27,579 nt of DNA from Candidatus Bathyarchaeota archaeon (GTDB lineage: Archaea > Thermoproteota > Bathyarchaeia > Bathyarchaeales > Bathycorpusculaceae). Location of the stretch: contig CAVZPM010000006.1 in NCBI GenBank assembly GCA_963777155.1, positions 1-27,579 of the forward strand. Reading direction: 5' to 3'. This document shows, piece by piece, positions 1 through 8,658 of the stretch. Position numbers and translations under genes: made by a program. Below the pieces are notes generated by a model. That model was given only the letters and a program-made list of their open reading frames with translations. It did no database searches and was not told where the DNA came from. Numbering within the stretch: the stretch's first letter is position 1; every line of letters starts with the position of its first letter.

Positions 1-885
1 CTTAAACTGTATTCTGCAGGGCATGTTCGGGCGTCGCTATGACTGGTATTCGTGCAGAGGGAAAATCTGTTCTGTACACAGGAGACTTTTGCCTTCATGA
101 CACCGAAATCCTTGAGGGCTGCAACATTGATTTACTTCCTAAAGAGCCTGATCTTCTTGTTTCTGAATCAACCTATGGTGGAACAGTTACGCAGGACCAC
201 GAGGCGAACTCGTAGATAAGTTGCGGGGGAGACTAAGGGCACGTTAAAACACAGAGGTAATGTTTTGATTCCTACCTTTGCGTTCCATAGAAGCCAAGAG
301 ATGGCTAAGAGGTTAGACATGGCCATTGAAAACGGTACATTGCCCAACCGCAACGTCTATATGATTTCAAAGTTGGCCCATCCAATAACAACTGTTTTTA
401 ATGGTTACAAGGATCTTTTCAAGCAAGAGACGGGTCGATCGCTGGCTAAGCCATTTGAGTACAAGCATGTAAAGGAGATCGAGAGGACAGCGGATATTGA
501 AGAGCCAGCCGTAGTTGTGTGTACTCCAGGATTTGGACATGCAGGAGCAAGCCTTAGTTTACTTAATGCGTGGGCAGAAATTGAAGAAAATACGATAATC
601 GTAACTTCAGGTTATCTGCCGCCTGACAGCCCTTTGAAATTAGCTAAAGATAAGCACTACATTAAGATGGATGGCGAAAGGTACCCTGTACAAGCCAAAA
701 TTGTTCAAATAGAAATGTCAGGACATGCGGATCAAAAGGAACTATTGGAGTTAGTACAACGTCTAAAGCCAAAGCGAACGCTTCTTGTTCATGGCGATTT
801 AAAGCAGGCGGAAGCACTTTCTGAAATAATTTCAGATCTAACAGAAGTTTCTATCCCAGAAAAGAATGAAAACATAACTATTTAG
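1..885 (+). CDS. MBL-fold beta-CASP metallo-hydrolase/ribonuclease (aCPSF-like), 5' truncated by the window edge and frameshifted in the first ~260 nt
   Basis: Upstream of the ORF-track start, different frames read LYSAGHV, VLYTGDF and LLVSESTYG. The ORF then has GNVLIPTFAFHRSQE, SGHAD and LLVHGD, which are beta-CASP motifs. Confidence 0.85.
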
Positions 886-977
886 GAGCTCCACAACTAT
901 ATCAGGGGATTTTCGGCACTAACTAATTAAGAATGTTGAAATTTCCTTGATCTTTGCCGCATTGTAGTGCTCTCAAG

Positions 978-1337
978 AGAACAACAACAATTGAAATGGC
1001 AGTGTTGTTGTTCTTTCATCACTGTCATTAAGCTTTGGAAGTAGTAGTCGATTGTGCAAATTTCAACTGGACTACTACTTCTCTTGTTAGAAGAACTTTT
1101 TTTGCCGATTACTTTGGATGTTTCAAAAATGCATAGTTATCGAGTATAAGAAGTGAAAATTTTTTAATCTTCTTCTTTTTGCTGGCTTAGCTTTCTTTGG
1201 GAAAGCTAAGGTAGAAGTTGTTGTTCACACTAAAAATTTCACCCGAACAACAACTACCAGTCAGAATTCATGCGGCAAAATAATCGTGTTAGAAGTAGTA
1301 GTCCAACGTTTTTTTTCAGAGCGGACTACTACTTCTA
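978..1337. repeat. Cluster of related spaced inverted repeats (three GAAGTWGTWGTYS-N18-GRACWACWACTWC, one AGAACAACAACA-N13-TGTTGTTGTTCT) plus a 10-bp hairpin
   Basis: Read directly: 978-989/1003-1014; 1038-1050/1069-1081; 1214-1226/1245-1257; 1290-1304/1323-1337 (perfect 15-bp arms); CTTAGCTTTC-TTTGG-GAAAGCTAAG at 1186-1210. Confidence 0.9.
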
Positions 1338-1416
1338 CTAGGTTAAAGAGCATATCCCAAGGTTGGAAGAAGATAAAATCGATTTTCCCCCTAAGCAGTT
1401 TTTCTTTTACACAAAG

Positions 1417-1830
1417 CTAGCTGTGCTTTTCAATTGTTGAACTGATTCTATCGGCTACCTTCTCTACGCCTTCGCTTCTTTCCAGTTCGTGCTCCCAGAC
1501 CCTTAAAACGACCCATCCATTGTCGGTTAAAACATCAGTAGTAAGTTTGTCTCGTCTAATATTTCTCTGTAATTTTGGAATCCAATATTCTTGATTACTT
1601 TTCGGCATATGTGAGTGAATTGGGCATCCGTGCCAGAAGCATCCATCAATGAAAATCGCCACTTTTTTCGATGGGAAGGCGACGTCTATTTTGTTTTTAC
1701 TGTAATGAATTTTGTACCTGTGGCCTTTGGCAAACAATGCCTTCCTTAATTTTAATTCAGGCGCAGTATTTGTTGAATGTATTGCGGACATTACTTTTGA
1801 GCGCTTCTCTTTTGAGATTTTGTCAACCAA
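1417..1830 (-). CDS. vsr: Very short patch repair endonuclease
   Basis: N-terminal D..SKEKRSKVMSAI.S.NT.PE, FIDGCFWHGCP.H and GW.VLRVWEHE motifs; lies next to a C5-methyltransferase. Confidence 0.95.
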   Translation of the reverse strand: MVDKISKEKRSKVMSAIHSTNTAPELKLRKALFAKGHRYKIHYSKNKIDVAFPSKKVAIFIDGCFWHGCPIHSHMPKSNQEYWIPKLQRNIRRDKLTTDVLTDNGWVVLRVWEHELERSEGVEKVADRISSTIEKHS

Positions 1831-1873
1831 AGTCCATCAAACCTTAATACTAACTTGGTGTAAATAGGTTTGC
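1831..1873. promoter_or_regulatory. Compact 43-bp divergent promoter region between vsr and the restriction endonuclease
   Basis: Divergent start codons 43 bp apart; TATA-like CTTAATA about 30 nt before the 1874 ATG; AAACCT...AGGTTT inverted pair at 1839-1844/1866-1871. Confidence 0.5.
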
Positions 1874-2728
1874 ATGTCTCCTAACCTGTTGACTGCAATT
1901 AAGAATATCGCAGAATTTAAGAGCAATGATCTAAAGGACTATTTTGGAACTTATCCGATAAGAATAAACCAAGTTGGCGAACAACTTGAATGGTTCATTA
2001 AAGATGCTTTTTGTGGGTGCTTTCAGTCAACCAAAGATGCGCTTGTTCACAGTAGAGGAACTTTTTCATATTCTGGGAATCAAAATAACGGTCCTGATAT
2101 AATAATAACAAATGGGGATGCTTTTGAAATAAAGAAAATTCAGGGATTAAAAGCATCTCTAGCACTAAACAATTCGCCTCCAAAAGACCGCTTGTATCGA
2201 GACGACCATCGAATAACCGATGAGTGCCGGAAGATTGACGGCGGAAATTGGGCAAGCAAGGAAATTTTCTATGTTGTTGGAGTTGTAGAGAAGAGCAGAA
2301 TTAAGCACTTGTTCTTTGTTCATGGTTTGTGCTATGCTGCAGATAGGTCGATTTATGAGAGCAAAGCTAGCCGATTGAAGCAGGGAATTGACATATTCTT
2401 TAAAAATGAAGGATGGCATACAACCAGTACTACGGAATTGGGGCGTATCAACAGAATGGATCCTCTTGGCATAACTAACTTCAGAATAAGAGGCATGTGG
2501 GAAATCGAAAATCCCATTAGAGTCTTTTCCTACCTTTATAGTCAGGATGGACGAAGAGACTTCTCCCTTGCGGCTGTTTTGACTAAGCAAAAATATAATT
2601 CCTTCGATGAAAATGACCGTATTGCTTTGGAATCCATTTCAAACATTAAATCAAGAACGGTTGATGTCAGAAACCCTAATAATCCAGCCCAGCTAATGCA
2701 AGCACAACTAATTACTCTGGCATGGTAG
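1874..2728 (+). CDS. Type II restriction endonuclease, NgoPII family (likely GGCC)
   Basis: FSYSGNQNNGPD...GDAFEIKK, LALNNSPPK and ELGRINRMDPLGITNFRIRGMW.IENP match recalled NgoPII-family motifs; one nt from the MTase start. Confidence 0.88.
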   Translation: MSPNLLTAIKNIAEFKSNDLKDYFGTYPIRINQVGEQLEWFIKDAFCGCFQSTKDALVHSRGTFSYSGNQNNGPDIIITNGDAFEIKKIQGLKASLALNNSPPKDRLYRDDHRITDECRKIDGGNWASKEIFYVVGVVEKSRIKHLFFVHGLCYAADRSIYESKASRLKQGIDIFFKNEGWHTTSTTELGRINRMDPLGITNFRIRGMWEIENPIRVFSYLYSQDGRRDFSLAAVLTKQKYNSFDENDRIALESISNIKSRTVDVRNPNNPAQLMQAQLITLAW

Positions 2729-2729
2729 A

Positions 2730-3764
2730 ATGTTGAAGATCATATCCCTTTTTTCCGGCTGTGGCGGACTCGACCAAGGCTTCACAAACGCTGGCTTTAA
2801 ACTAGTTTATGCGAATGACAACGATAAAGTTGTATGGGAAACTTTCGAAAAAAACCATAATATTTCAATAGATAAAAGGTCTCTATTTGAAGTTAAGTCG
2901 GATGAATTACCTGAAGCTGATGGAATTATTGGCGGTCCTCCATGCCAAAGCTGGAGCCTAGCTGGGGAAATGCGTGGGGTAAAGGATGAAAGGGGTTTGC
3001 TTTTTTATGAGTATATTCGAATTCTTGAGAATAAAAAACCGAAATTTTTTCTTGCCGAAAATGTTCCCGGAATAGTCTCAAGAACACACTTGCCTGAATT
3101 TAATAAGATCTTGAGGATGTTTTCAAAAGTAGGATATGAGACCTCTTACAAGCTGCTTGATGCCCGAAACTACGGGGTTCCTCAAGAGAGAAAAAGAGTG
3201 ATAATTGTTGGTCTAAGAAAAGATCTAAAAAGGCGTTTTGAATTTCCTCAACCGACACATTCAAAATACGGCAATAAAACACTTGATAGGTCAAGAAAAC
3301 ACTGAAATGGTTAACCTTGAAGGATGCAATCGGAGATCTACCCGAACCAATACATGCGCTAGACAAGAACAAGACTAATGGTCCCCTGTCAGTTCCCAAC
3401 CATGAGTACATGAATGGAAGTTTTTCATCGATGTATATGTCAAGGAATAGGCGCAGGTGTTGGGATGAGCCGTCTTTTACAATTCAAGCGGGAGGACGGC
3501 ATGCTCCTCTTCATCCTTCATCTTGCGAAATGGATAAAGGTGGAAACAGACTTATGGAAATTTAAAGGCAATAATCCTGTTTTTAGAAGACTTTCTGTGA
3601 GAGAAGCTGCAAGAATACAAACTTTTCCAGACAATTTTATCTTTTATTACAATAATATTGCTAATGGTTACAAAATGATAGGAAATGCCGTACCAGTCAA
3701 ACTTGCTCAAGCTATTGCACAAAAGTTAAAACATATTCTATCTCATAATTCCATTGTCAAATGA
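2730..3764 (+). CDS. DNA (cytosine-5) methyltransferase, HaeIII/NgoPII-like; split by frameshifts near 3290-3300 and 3530
   Basis: Motif I FSGCGG, IV GGPPCQSWS, VI ENV, VIII Q.RKRV, TRD FSSMYMSRNR...PSFTIQAGGRHAPLHP, IX RRLSVREAARIQ, X YKMIGNAVP, spread over ORFs 2730-3305, 3317-3565 and 3414-3764. Confidence 0.92.
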
Positions 3765-3766
3765 GC

Positions 3767-3844
3767 GGGCCGGTAGCTCAGCTTGGCTGGAGCGTTCGAC
3801 TGATAATCGAAAGGTCGGCAGTTCAAATCCGCCTCGGCCCACCA
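3767..3844 (+). tRNA. tRNA-Ile(GAT), intronless, CCA encoded
   Basis: GGGCCGG/TCGGCCC acceptor stem, TAGCTCAG..TGG..GAGC D-arm, TTCGA-CT-GAT-AA-TCGAA anticodon arm, GGCAG-TTCAAAT-CCGCC T-arm, ACCA end. Confidence 0.93.
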
Positions 3845-3962
3845 TCTACATCTCATTAGCGATTCAAATTAAGTACAATTTGAAAGTTGACACTGCTCAA
3901 AGTGTATTATTGATGCAGAAAGCTTATCTTAAACAGTAATATATGAGATATTGGCGAAATAG

Positions 3963-4529
3963 TTGACCCAGTTTGCTCATGACAGATTCTACGATAATAT
4001 GCTCAAAGGTAATGCATACAAAGATATGATTAAACTTGTGTTACAAAAGTCTGGATATGCTGTTTACCCTTACGGTTATGAAAGCACTTTTTCCGATGTC
4101 AAATCCAAACTCACAAAAGAAACGAAAAACTCTAAAACAGTTCGTAGAATAAGATCATCCCCAGATTTGCTTGTTTATGATGACCAAAAAAATGATCTCA
4201 TGCTTGTTGAAGTGAAAATGCGCGGAAGTACACCGCCAAATATCAGGCCAAATCTGATTGAAAACATCAAAGATTTTTGGAACGATTCCATTCTCGCTAT
4301 CGTAGTTCCAGAGGGTAACGTTTTCTATGCACAGCGAATAAGTGAATTAGAAATTAGACAATCCTACTATCCTTTATCAGATTTTGAAAAATTTCAGGAT
4401 ATTTTCACAAGGGTTCGATCTGAGGATATTTTGCATTATCGAAATATTGCCTTACAAAATATGAAATCGCGAAAAGAAATAGGTTTCAAAAGCTCCAATA
4501 TATCTCTCATGAATTTTAATTCACAGTAA
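3963..4529 (+). CDS. Hypothetical PD-(D/E)XK superfamily nuclease
   Basis: 188 aa with SPDLLV...LMLVEVK motif preceded by LQKSGYAVY; TTG start. Confidence 0.65.
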   Translation: MTQFAHDRFYDNMLKGNAYKDMIKLVLQKSGYAVYPYGYESTFSDVKSKLTKETKNSKTVRRIRSSPDLLVYDDQKNDLMLVEVKMRGSTPPNIRPNLIENIKDFWNDSILAIVVPEGNVFYAQRISELEIRQSYYPLSDFEKFQDIFTRVRSEDILHYRNIALQNMKSRKEIGFKSSNISLMNFNSQ

Positions 4530-4752
4530 TGCATTGATAAAAAAAGTCTTTGATTCAATCGGGGTATATGAAAACAAAATCTTTGCTCTTCATCTTATTC
4601 GTACTTGACAGGTCCATTGGAGGTTGCGGTTGCCTGTCAATGCTGGATCGGTGTTGTTTACGTTGAGGCGGTTTTTGAGGCTTTCAAATGCCTGTAGTTT
4701 CTTACCCGCTCGTTTCCTATTTTGCTTCGACTCCGAAAAATGTCTGGAAAGA

Positions 4753-4842
4753 GACTAACTGATGTTAGTCAAGTTTTCTTGACTAAGCTAACTGAGTGTC
4801 TGTGTTAGTTTAGTAAAGGTTTCTTGACGAAAAGCCCTTAAA
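4753..4842 (+). promoter_or_regulatory. Tandem palindromic operator-like sites and TATA box upstream of the 4874 gene
   Basis: TTAGTCAAG-TTTT-CTTGACTAA (4765-4786), imperfect copy TTAGTAAAG-GTTT-CTTGACGAA (4810-4831), overlapping GACTAAC-TGAT-GTTAGTC (4753-4770), CTTAAA at 4837-4842. Confidence 0.6.
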
Positions 4843-4873
4843 GACACCGACTTCACCGTTATTTCGACAAGAA

Positions 4874-5548
4874 ATGAAAGCTTCCACACCGATAATCCTG
4901 GCAAGCCTAATCGCTATTGCTTTAGTATTTGTCTCACCAGCACGTGGTTATGAAGAGACTTCGGTGGGAGTTAAGGAAGGCGACTGGATAGAATACAGTG
5001 TTAACATAGTGGGTAATCCTCCTGCAGTACACAGAAACGTTACTTGGATGAGGATGGATGTTTTGCGGGTTGAGGGCGCGGCTTTCCCGGTGAATCTTAC
5101 GGTTAGGTTCGCTAATGGAACATTGGACAGTTCGATTTGGAAGTTCAACTTTAGCGAAGGCAACACGGAAGGGTGGGTAATCATTCCTGCTGGCCTAGGA
5201 GTGGGCGACACATTCTTTGATAACTTTTCAAAAACAGACAAAGACATAACGATTCAAAGCCAAGAACAAAAAACAGTGTTGGGTGCAACCCGAACAGTAA
5301 CAGGTGCAAATGACTCCTACAGGGATAAGCAATGGGACAAGGTCACGGGTGTCTTTGTTGGTTCTTCGGAGGTTTTCAGAAACTGGAGTGCCTATGTAAC
5401 CGCCGTAGATACAAATATGTGGCGTCCCCAAATTCTGAGTCTAAATCAGACTGAATTCTACGTTTTTGCTGGGGGAAGTGTTGTTCTGGCGGCTTCGATT
5501 GTATCTTTAGTGTTTGTCGTGGAGAGAAAGAGGCGTGGATTTGAATGA
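4874..5548 (+). CDS. Secreted/surface protein with signal peptide and C-terminal membrane anchor
   Basis: Hydrophobic N-terminus, VGVKEGDWIEY start of mature domain, several N-x-S/T sequons, C-terminal TM helix followed by RKRR. Confidence 0.8.
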   Translation: MKASTPIILASLIAIALVFVSPARGYEETSVGVKEGDWIEYSVNIVGNPPAVHRNVTWMRMDVLRVEGAAFPVNLTVRFANGTLDSSIWKFNFSEGNTEGWVIIPAGLGVGDTFFDNFSKTDKDITIQSQEQKTVLGATRTVTGANDSYRDKQWDKVTGVFVGSSEVFRNWSAYVTAVDTNMWRPQILSLNQTEFYVFAGGSVVLAASIVSLVFVVERKRRGFE

Positions 5549-5961
5549 TGGTTGCTGAGATTAATCTGGTTATGCAGACTTTTTGGTTAGCTCTGATCTT
5601 GGTGAGTATGTGGTTTAGAAAAAAAGGCAATTACCTCGTACACGGAGCAATTATGGTAGTGGTTGTGGGTGCTACTTTGATCAGTTTTTCTTCGGTCCTG
5701 CTTATGACTCCGCCAACGGGCAGTTCTATGGGAGTCTATTTTAGTTCTTCGCTGAAGATGGCTGAATTCATCTCGCATGCTATCCTGTCGATTCCAGCGA
5801 TATTTTTCGGGGTATGGCTTGTTGCCCTTTGGCGTCCGAAGTCAACTTCTTTTCCGGCAAAGAGCAGAAGGATAGCGCAAGCAACAGCAATTCTATGGGT
5901 CCTGTCGTATGTAGCAGGCGTTTTAGGATTCTTGGCAGACTACACCACCCTCTTTAGATAA
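5545..5961 (+). CDS. Four-helix membrane protein, DUF420-like
   Basis: Four hydrophobic segments, RKKGNYLVHGAIM and ISHAIL histidines; ATGA overlap with the upstream gene. Confidence 0.65.
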   Translation: MMVAEINLVMQTFWLALILVSMWFRKKGNYLVHGAIMVVVVGATLISFSSVLLMTPPTGSSMGVYFSSSLKMAEFISHAILSIPAIFFGVWLVALWRPKSTSFPAKSRRIAQATAILWVLSYVAGVLGFLADYTTLFR

Positions 5962-6113
5962 AGAACAAGCTAACATTGCTGAAGCGAGAGGTCTGTTCTG
6001 AACCCATAATAAACATTAACTTTCTCCACTGTTTAGCTTTAGCAGAATTTCGGAAATCTTGTAAGTGGTTTTTGGAAACACAAAAAACCAGCAACCAGTG
6101 ATGTGCCAGAAAA

Positions 6114-6548
6114 TTATAGTGATGGTGTTTGGGCGGGATCTATTACTTTCAATTCCAATTTGTTCGCCAATCGCCTGAAAATATCGTCGTGAGTAACAAT
6201 CTGAGTTATATTATGCAATTTCATTGTAGCAATCACCGTTGCGTCTCTGCCTCCTAAACCTTCGGCGTAAGCAAATGTCAAGAGCCTTTCAACAGCCTCG
6301 TTTAACATTTGTCGATTAAAGTCTGCGATATCTATGTTACTCAAGTTAACAAAGGTCTCTATTTTCTTACGGGCGATTTCTTCCGAGAAATGCCTAACCA
6401 GGTAATGCGCCACTTCCATAGCTATAACGGTATTGCAAGCTATTTGCTCAGATCTTATAATTTCCCGCATAGTGTCCCGCACATGTGCATGTTCAGGAAG
6501 GCGCTGATCAAAATAATAGCACCATATGTTAGAATCCACGAACAGCAT
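6114..6548 (-). CDS. vapC: PIN-domain (VapC) toxin
   Basis: FVDSNIW, IAMEV, GGRDATVIAT and IVTHDDIF acidic PIN motifs. Confidence 0.9.
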   Translation of the reverse strand: MLFVDSNIWCYYFDQRLPEHAHVRDTMREIIRSEQIACNTVIAMEVAHYLVRHFSEEIARKKIETFVNLSNIDIADFNRQMLNEAVERLLTFAYAEGLGGRDATVIATMKLHNITQIVTHDDIFRRLANKLELKVIDPAQTPSL

Positions 6549-6559
6549 TCAAATCACAT

Positions 6560-6805
6560 CTATTTTTGATGGGGTTCCCACATTTTCTTCAATCCTAATG
6601 GGTCCATGACGGGGGCGCCTTCTTTAATGCAGCCCTCCATTTCTTTTATGAAATCTTCAGGGGAAATTGGAGGCATGATGACTATGTTTTCTTTTTCTAT
6701 TTTTAGGCGAGCTTTTTCTCCAACGCGTAACCCTACTTTGTCTCGAACCGCTTTGGGTATTTGAATGCGTCCTTTGCTGTCAACTGTGATTTCTTCAGTA
6801 CTCAT
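6560..6805 (-). CDS. AbrB/MazE/SpoVT-family antitoxin (start reassigned to the ATG at 6805)
   Basis: MSTEEITVDSKGRIQIPKAVRDKVGLRVGE; directly upstream of the PIN gene. Confidence 0.9.
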   Translation of the reverse strand: MSTEEITVDSKGRIQIPKAVRDKVGLRVGEKARLKIEKENIVIMPPISPEDFIKEMEGCIKEGAPVMDPLGLKKMWEPHQK

Positions 6806-6810
6806 TCTTT

Positions 6811-6847
6811 TCCCACCATAAAAATGTCCCACAGTGGGAAATTTAAG
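6811..6847 (-). promoter_or_regulatory. Promoter/operator of TA pair 1
   Basis: Palindrome TCCCAC-A-GTGGGA at 6827-6839, extra TCCCAC half site at 6811, minus-strand TATA-like CTTAAAT at 6841-6847. Confidence 0.6.
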
Positions 6848-6885
6848 CCTTGCGCCAAACAATAGCAAGAAGATATTGCTGCTAC

Positions 6886-6955
6886 AAAAGAGTACGAGGC
6901 CATCAGAAAACTCCTCAAATAAGGTGACTACAAAAAGCTTAACTGTAGTCACCTC
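6886..6955 (+). repeat. Dispersed ~70-bp repeat ending in a hairpin, copy A
   Basis: 41/49 identity (hand-aligned) to 15033-15081; perfect stem AGGTGACTACA-N11-TGTAGTCACCT at 6922-6954. Confidence 0.8.
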
Positions 6956-7076
6956 TTTCTTGTGGTTTTGCCATCTGAAACAATTGCGCTTACAAGGGCT
7001 TTTGTATTGAGGGCGACTCGAAGATCTGGAAACGGTTATTCCTCAAAAAATCTAGAGGCATATTCACAGAAACATC

Positions 7077-7110
7077 CTTAAGTATAACAAGAGTATAATT
7101 AAATATAACA
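7077..7110 (+). promoter_or_regulatory. Promoter/operator of TA pair 2
   Basis: CTTAAG box followed by three direct repeats AGTATAAC (7081), AGTATAAT (7092) and AATATAAC (7102), spaced 10-11 bp. Confidence 0.55.
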
Positions 7111-7119
7111 GTGATTAAT

Positions 7120-7323
7120 ATGCGTCAATGCTTAACCAAGACCCGAAAAGTCGGTGGCTCCATCGTTGTCACTCTTCCCAAAGAAATAGTCGACCTCCAA
7201 CAAATAAAGGAAAACGAGTATGTCGAAATCACAGTCAAAAAATGCCGAAAAGACGGTTTCGGTATCTTAAAAGGCATGGCTCCTTTTACAGTTGAAGACG
7301 AGTTGAAATCTTCGCTTGAGTAA
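7120..7323 (+). CDS. AbrB/MazE-family antitoxin (start 7111 GTG or 7120 ATG)
   Basis: KTRKVGGSIVVTLPKEIV motif; overlaps the PIN start. Confidence 0.88.
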   Translation: MRQCLTKTRKVGGSIVVTLPKEIVDLQQIKENEYVEITVKKCRKDGFGILKGMAPFTVEDELKSSLE

Positions 7324-7705
7324 ATACGTAATTGATGCTTGGGCATGGGTCGAGTATCTAGTAGGCAGTGAACACGGTGCTAAGCTTAACAAAATCTTGG
7401 ATGAAAATAATAACGAAGTTTACACATGTGCCATAACGCTTGCAGAAATTATTGGAAAAGTCGCCAGAGAAAGAAGAGACATCGAAGCGGCAAGCAGTGT
7501 TGTGTCCAGCAACTCACAAATTGTGAATGTAGATAAGGAACTTTCAGTGAAGGCGGGGCTTTTACATTGTGAAATGAGAAAGACCGTGAAAGATTTTGGG
7601 CTAACAGACGCTTATGTCTTAGCCACTGCTAGGAGATTAAACGCTAAAGTTTTAACGGGAGATTTACACTTTAAAAACATCAAGGACGCTATGATGATAG
7701 AATAA
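7316..7705 (+). CDS. vapC: PIN-domain (VapC) toxin
   Basis: YVIDAWAWVEY, TLAEI, FGLTDAYVLATA and VLTGDLHF. Confidence 0.92.
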   Translation: MSKYVIDAWAWVEYLVGSEHGAKLNKILDENNNEVYTCAITLAEIIGKVARERRDIEAASSVVSSNSQIVNVDKELSVKAGLLHCEMRKTVKDFGLTDAYVLATARRLNAKVLTGDLHFKNIKDAMMIE

Positions 7706-7876
7706 TTTTTGAGCAGTAGGACCTACGTCTCAGTTATTGCCCTCTGATAAGAACGCATCCAAAGCAACCACAATCTGGTTTTTCCATATGAAATCGGTGT
7801 CTTCAGATTACAACGATTGTGTTTGTGTATAGTAACCTTTATCTGCAAAAAAGTATGAAAGTTATACTGTGAGAAC

Positions 7877-8168
7877 ATGGTACAAGAAAAATCAGACATA
7901 GCGGTGGTAGGAACCAAGGGTCAGATAGTTATTCCTCAGCACTTCAGAAAAGAGCTTGCAATAGTTCCAAACACCAAAGTCATTTTGTACCGAAAAGATG
8001 ACAAACTTGTCCTAGGCAAAACTCAACATTCCCCCACTAGAAGAACTAAGAGAGCTTTTCAGCGAAATCGACCAACAAAACAAGGGAAAAAATAAACCTG
8101 CCGAACAAGAAATACTAGACGAGATTCAAGCTTACAGACGATTGAAACCAGTGACCAAAGGCGCATGA
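7877..8168 (+). CDS. AbrB/MazE-family antitoxin, +1 frameshift near 8015
   Basis: VGTKGQIVIPQHFRKEL. Removing one G at CTAGGCA gives ...LAKLNIPPLEELRELFSEID...EILDEIQAYRR..., ending at TGA 8166-8168, which overlaps the next ATG. Confidence 0.8.
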
Positions 8169-8594
8169 AAATGGTTCGCGTGGTCATTGACACCAATGTT
8201 TTAGTGTCAGCTCTTATCGATGACGGAAAGCCTCGAAGACTTGTCGTTGAACTTTTAGATAAACACACTGTTATCATGTCTAGGCAAATGCTTGCTGAAC
8301 TAGGCAGATGTATTATCGAGAGACAAGTTTTCTGTTACAGGTTCTCAGGTTGACCGGTTTGTTATAAGTTTAGTTCGAATGTCTAAAATTGTGCCAGATA
8401 ATGCTCGGTTCAAAGCCGTATTAGAAGATCCCGATGATGACAAGGTCCTCAACACAGCCTACGCTGGAAAAGCAGAGTTTATCATTACAGGAGACCATCA
8501 CCTTTTGTCGCTGGGTCAATTCAAGAAAACAAAAATCGTAAACGTAAACCAAATGCAAAACATCTTGAATGAAAAACAAAACCCAAAACAATAA
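8165..8594 (+). CDS. PIN-family putative toxin (TIGR00305-like), +1 frameshift near 8302
   Basis: RVVIDTNVLVSAL in 8165-8353 and EDPDDDKVL.TA..GKAEFIITGDHHLL in 8379-8594; the intervening frame is open after removing one G. Confidence 0.85.
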
Positions 8595-8658
8595 AGAAAA
8601 AACATACTTGAAAAGTTCTTAAATATCGGCTCAACATGTTTCAAACAGGTAGTATCTT

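Noticed and set aside
978-1337. CRISPR array or canonical ORB origin
   Set aside because: The repeats are inverted arms with irregular inter-unit distances, not direct repeats with 30-40 nt spacers. There is no ORB consensus or G-string, and no cdc6 in the window.
2730-3764. Methyltransferase as a pseudogene or phase-variable gene
   Set aside because: All motifs are intact, there is no long simple-sequence tract at the breaks, and similar indels hit unrelated genes, so assembly error is more likely.
3754-3939. 61-aa ORF
   Set aside because: It overlaps the tRNA-Ile gene and is a translation of the tRNA sequence.
6806-6952. N-terminal extension of the 130-aa AbrB ORF
   Set aside because: It runs over the operator, TATA box and hairpin repeat; the AbrB domain begins at the ATG at 6805.
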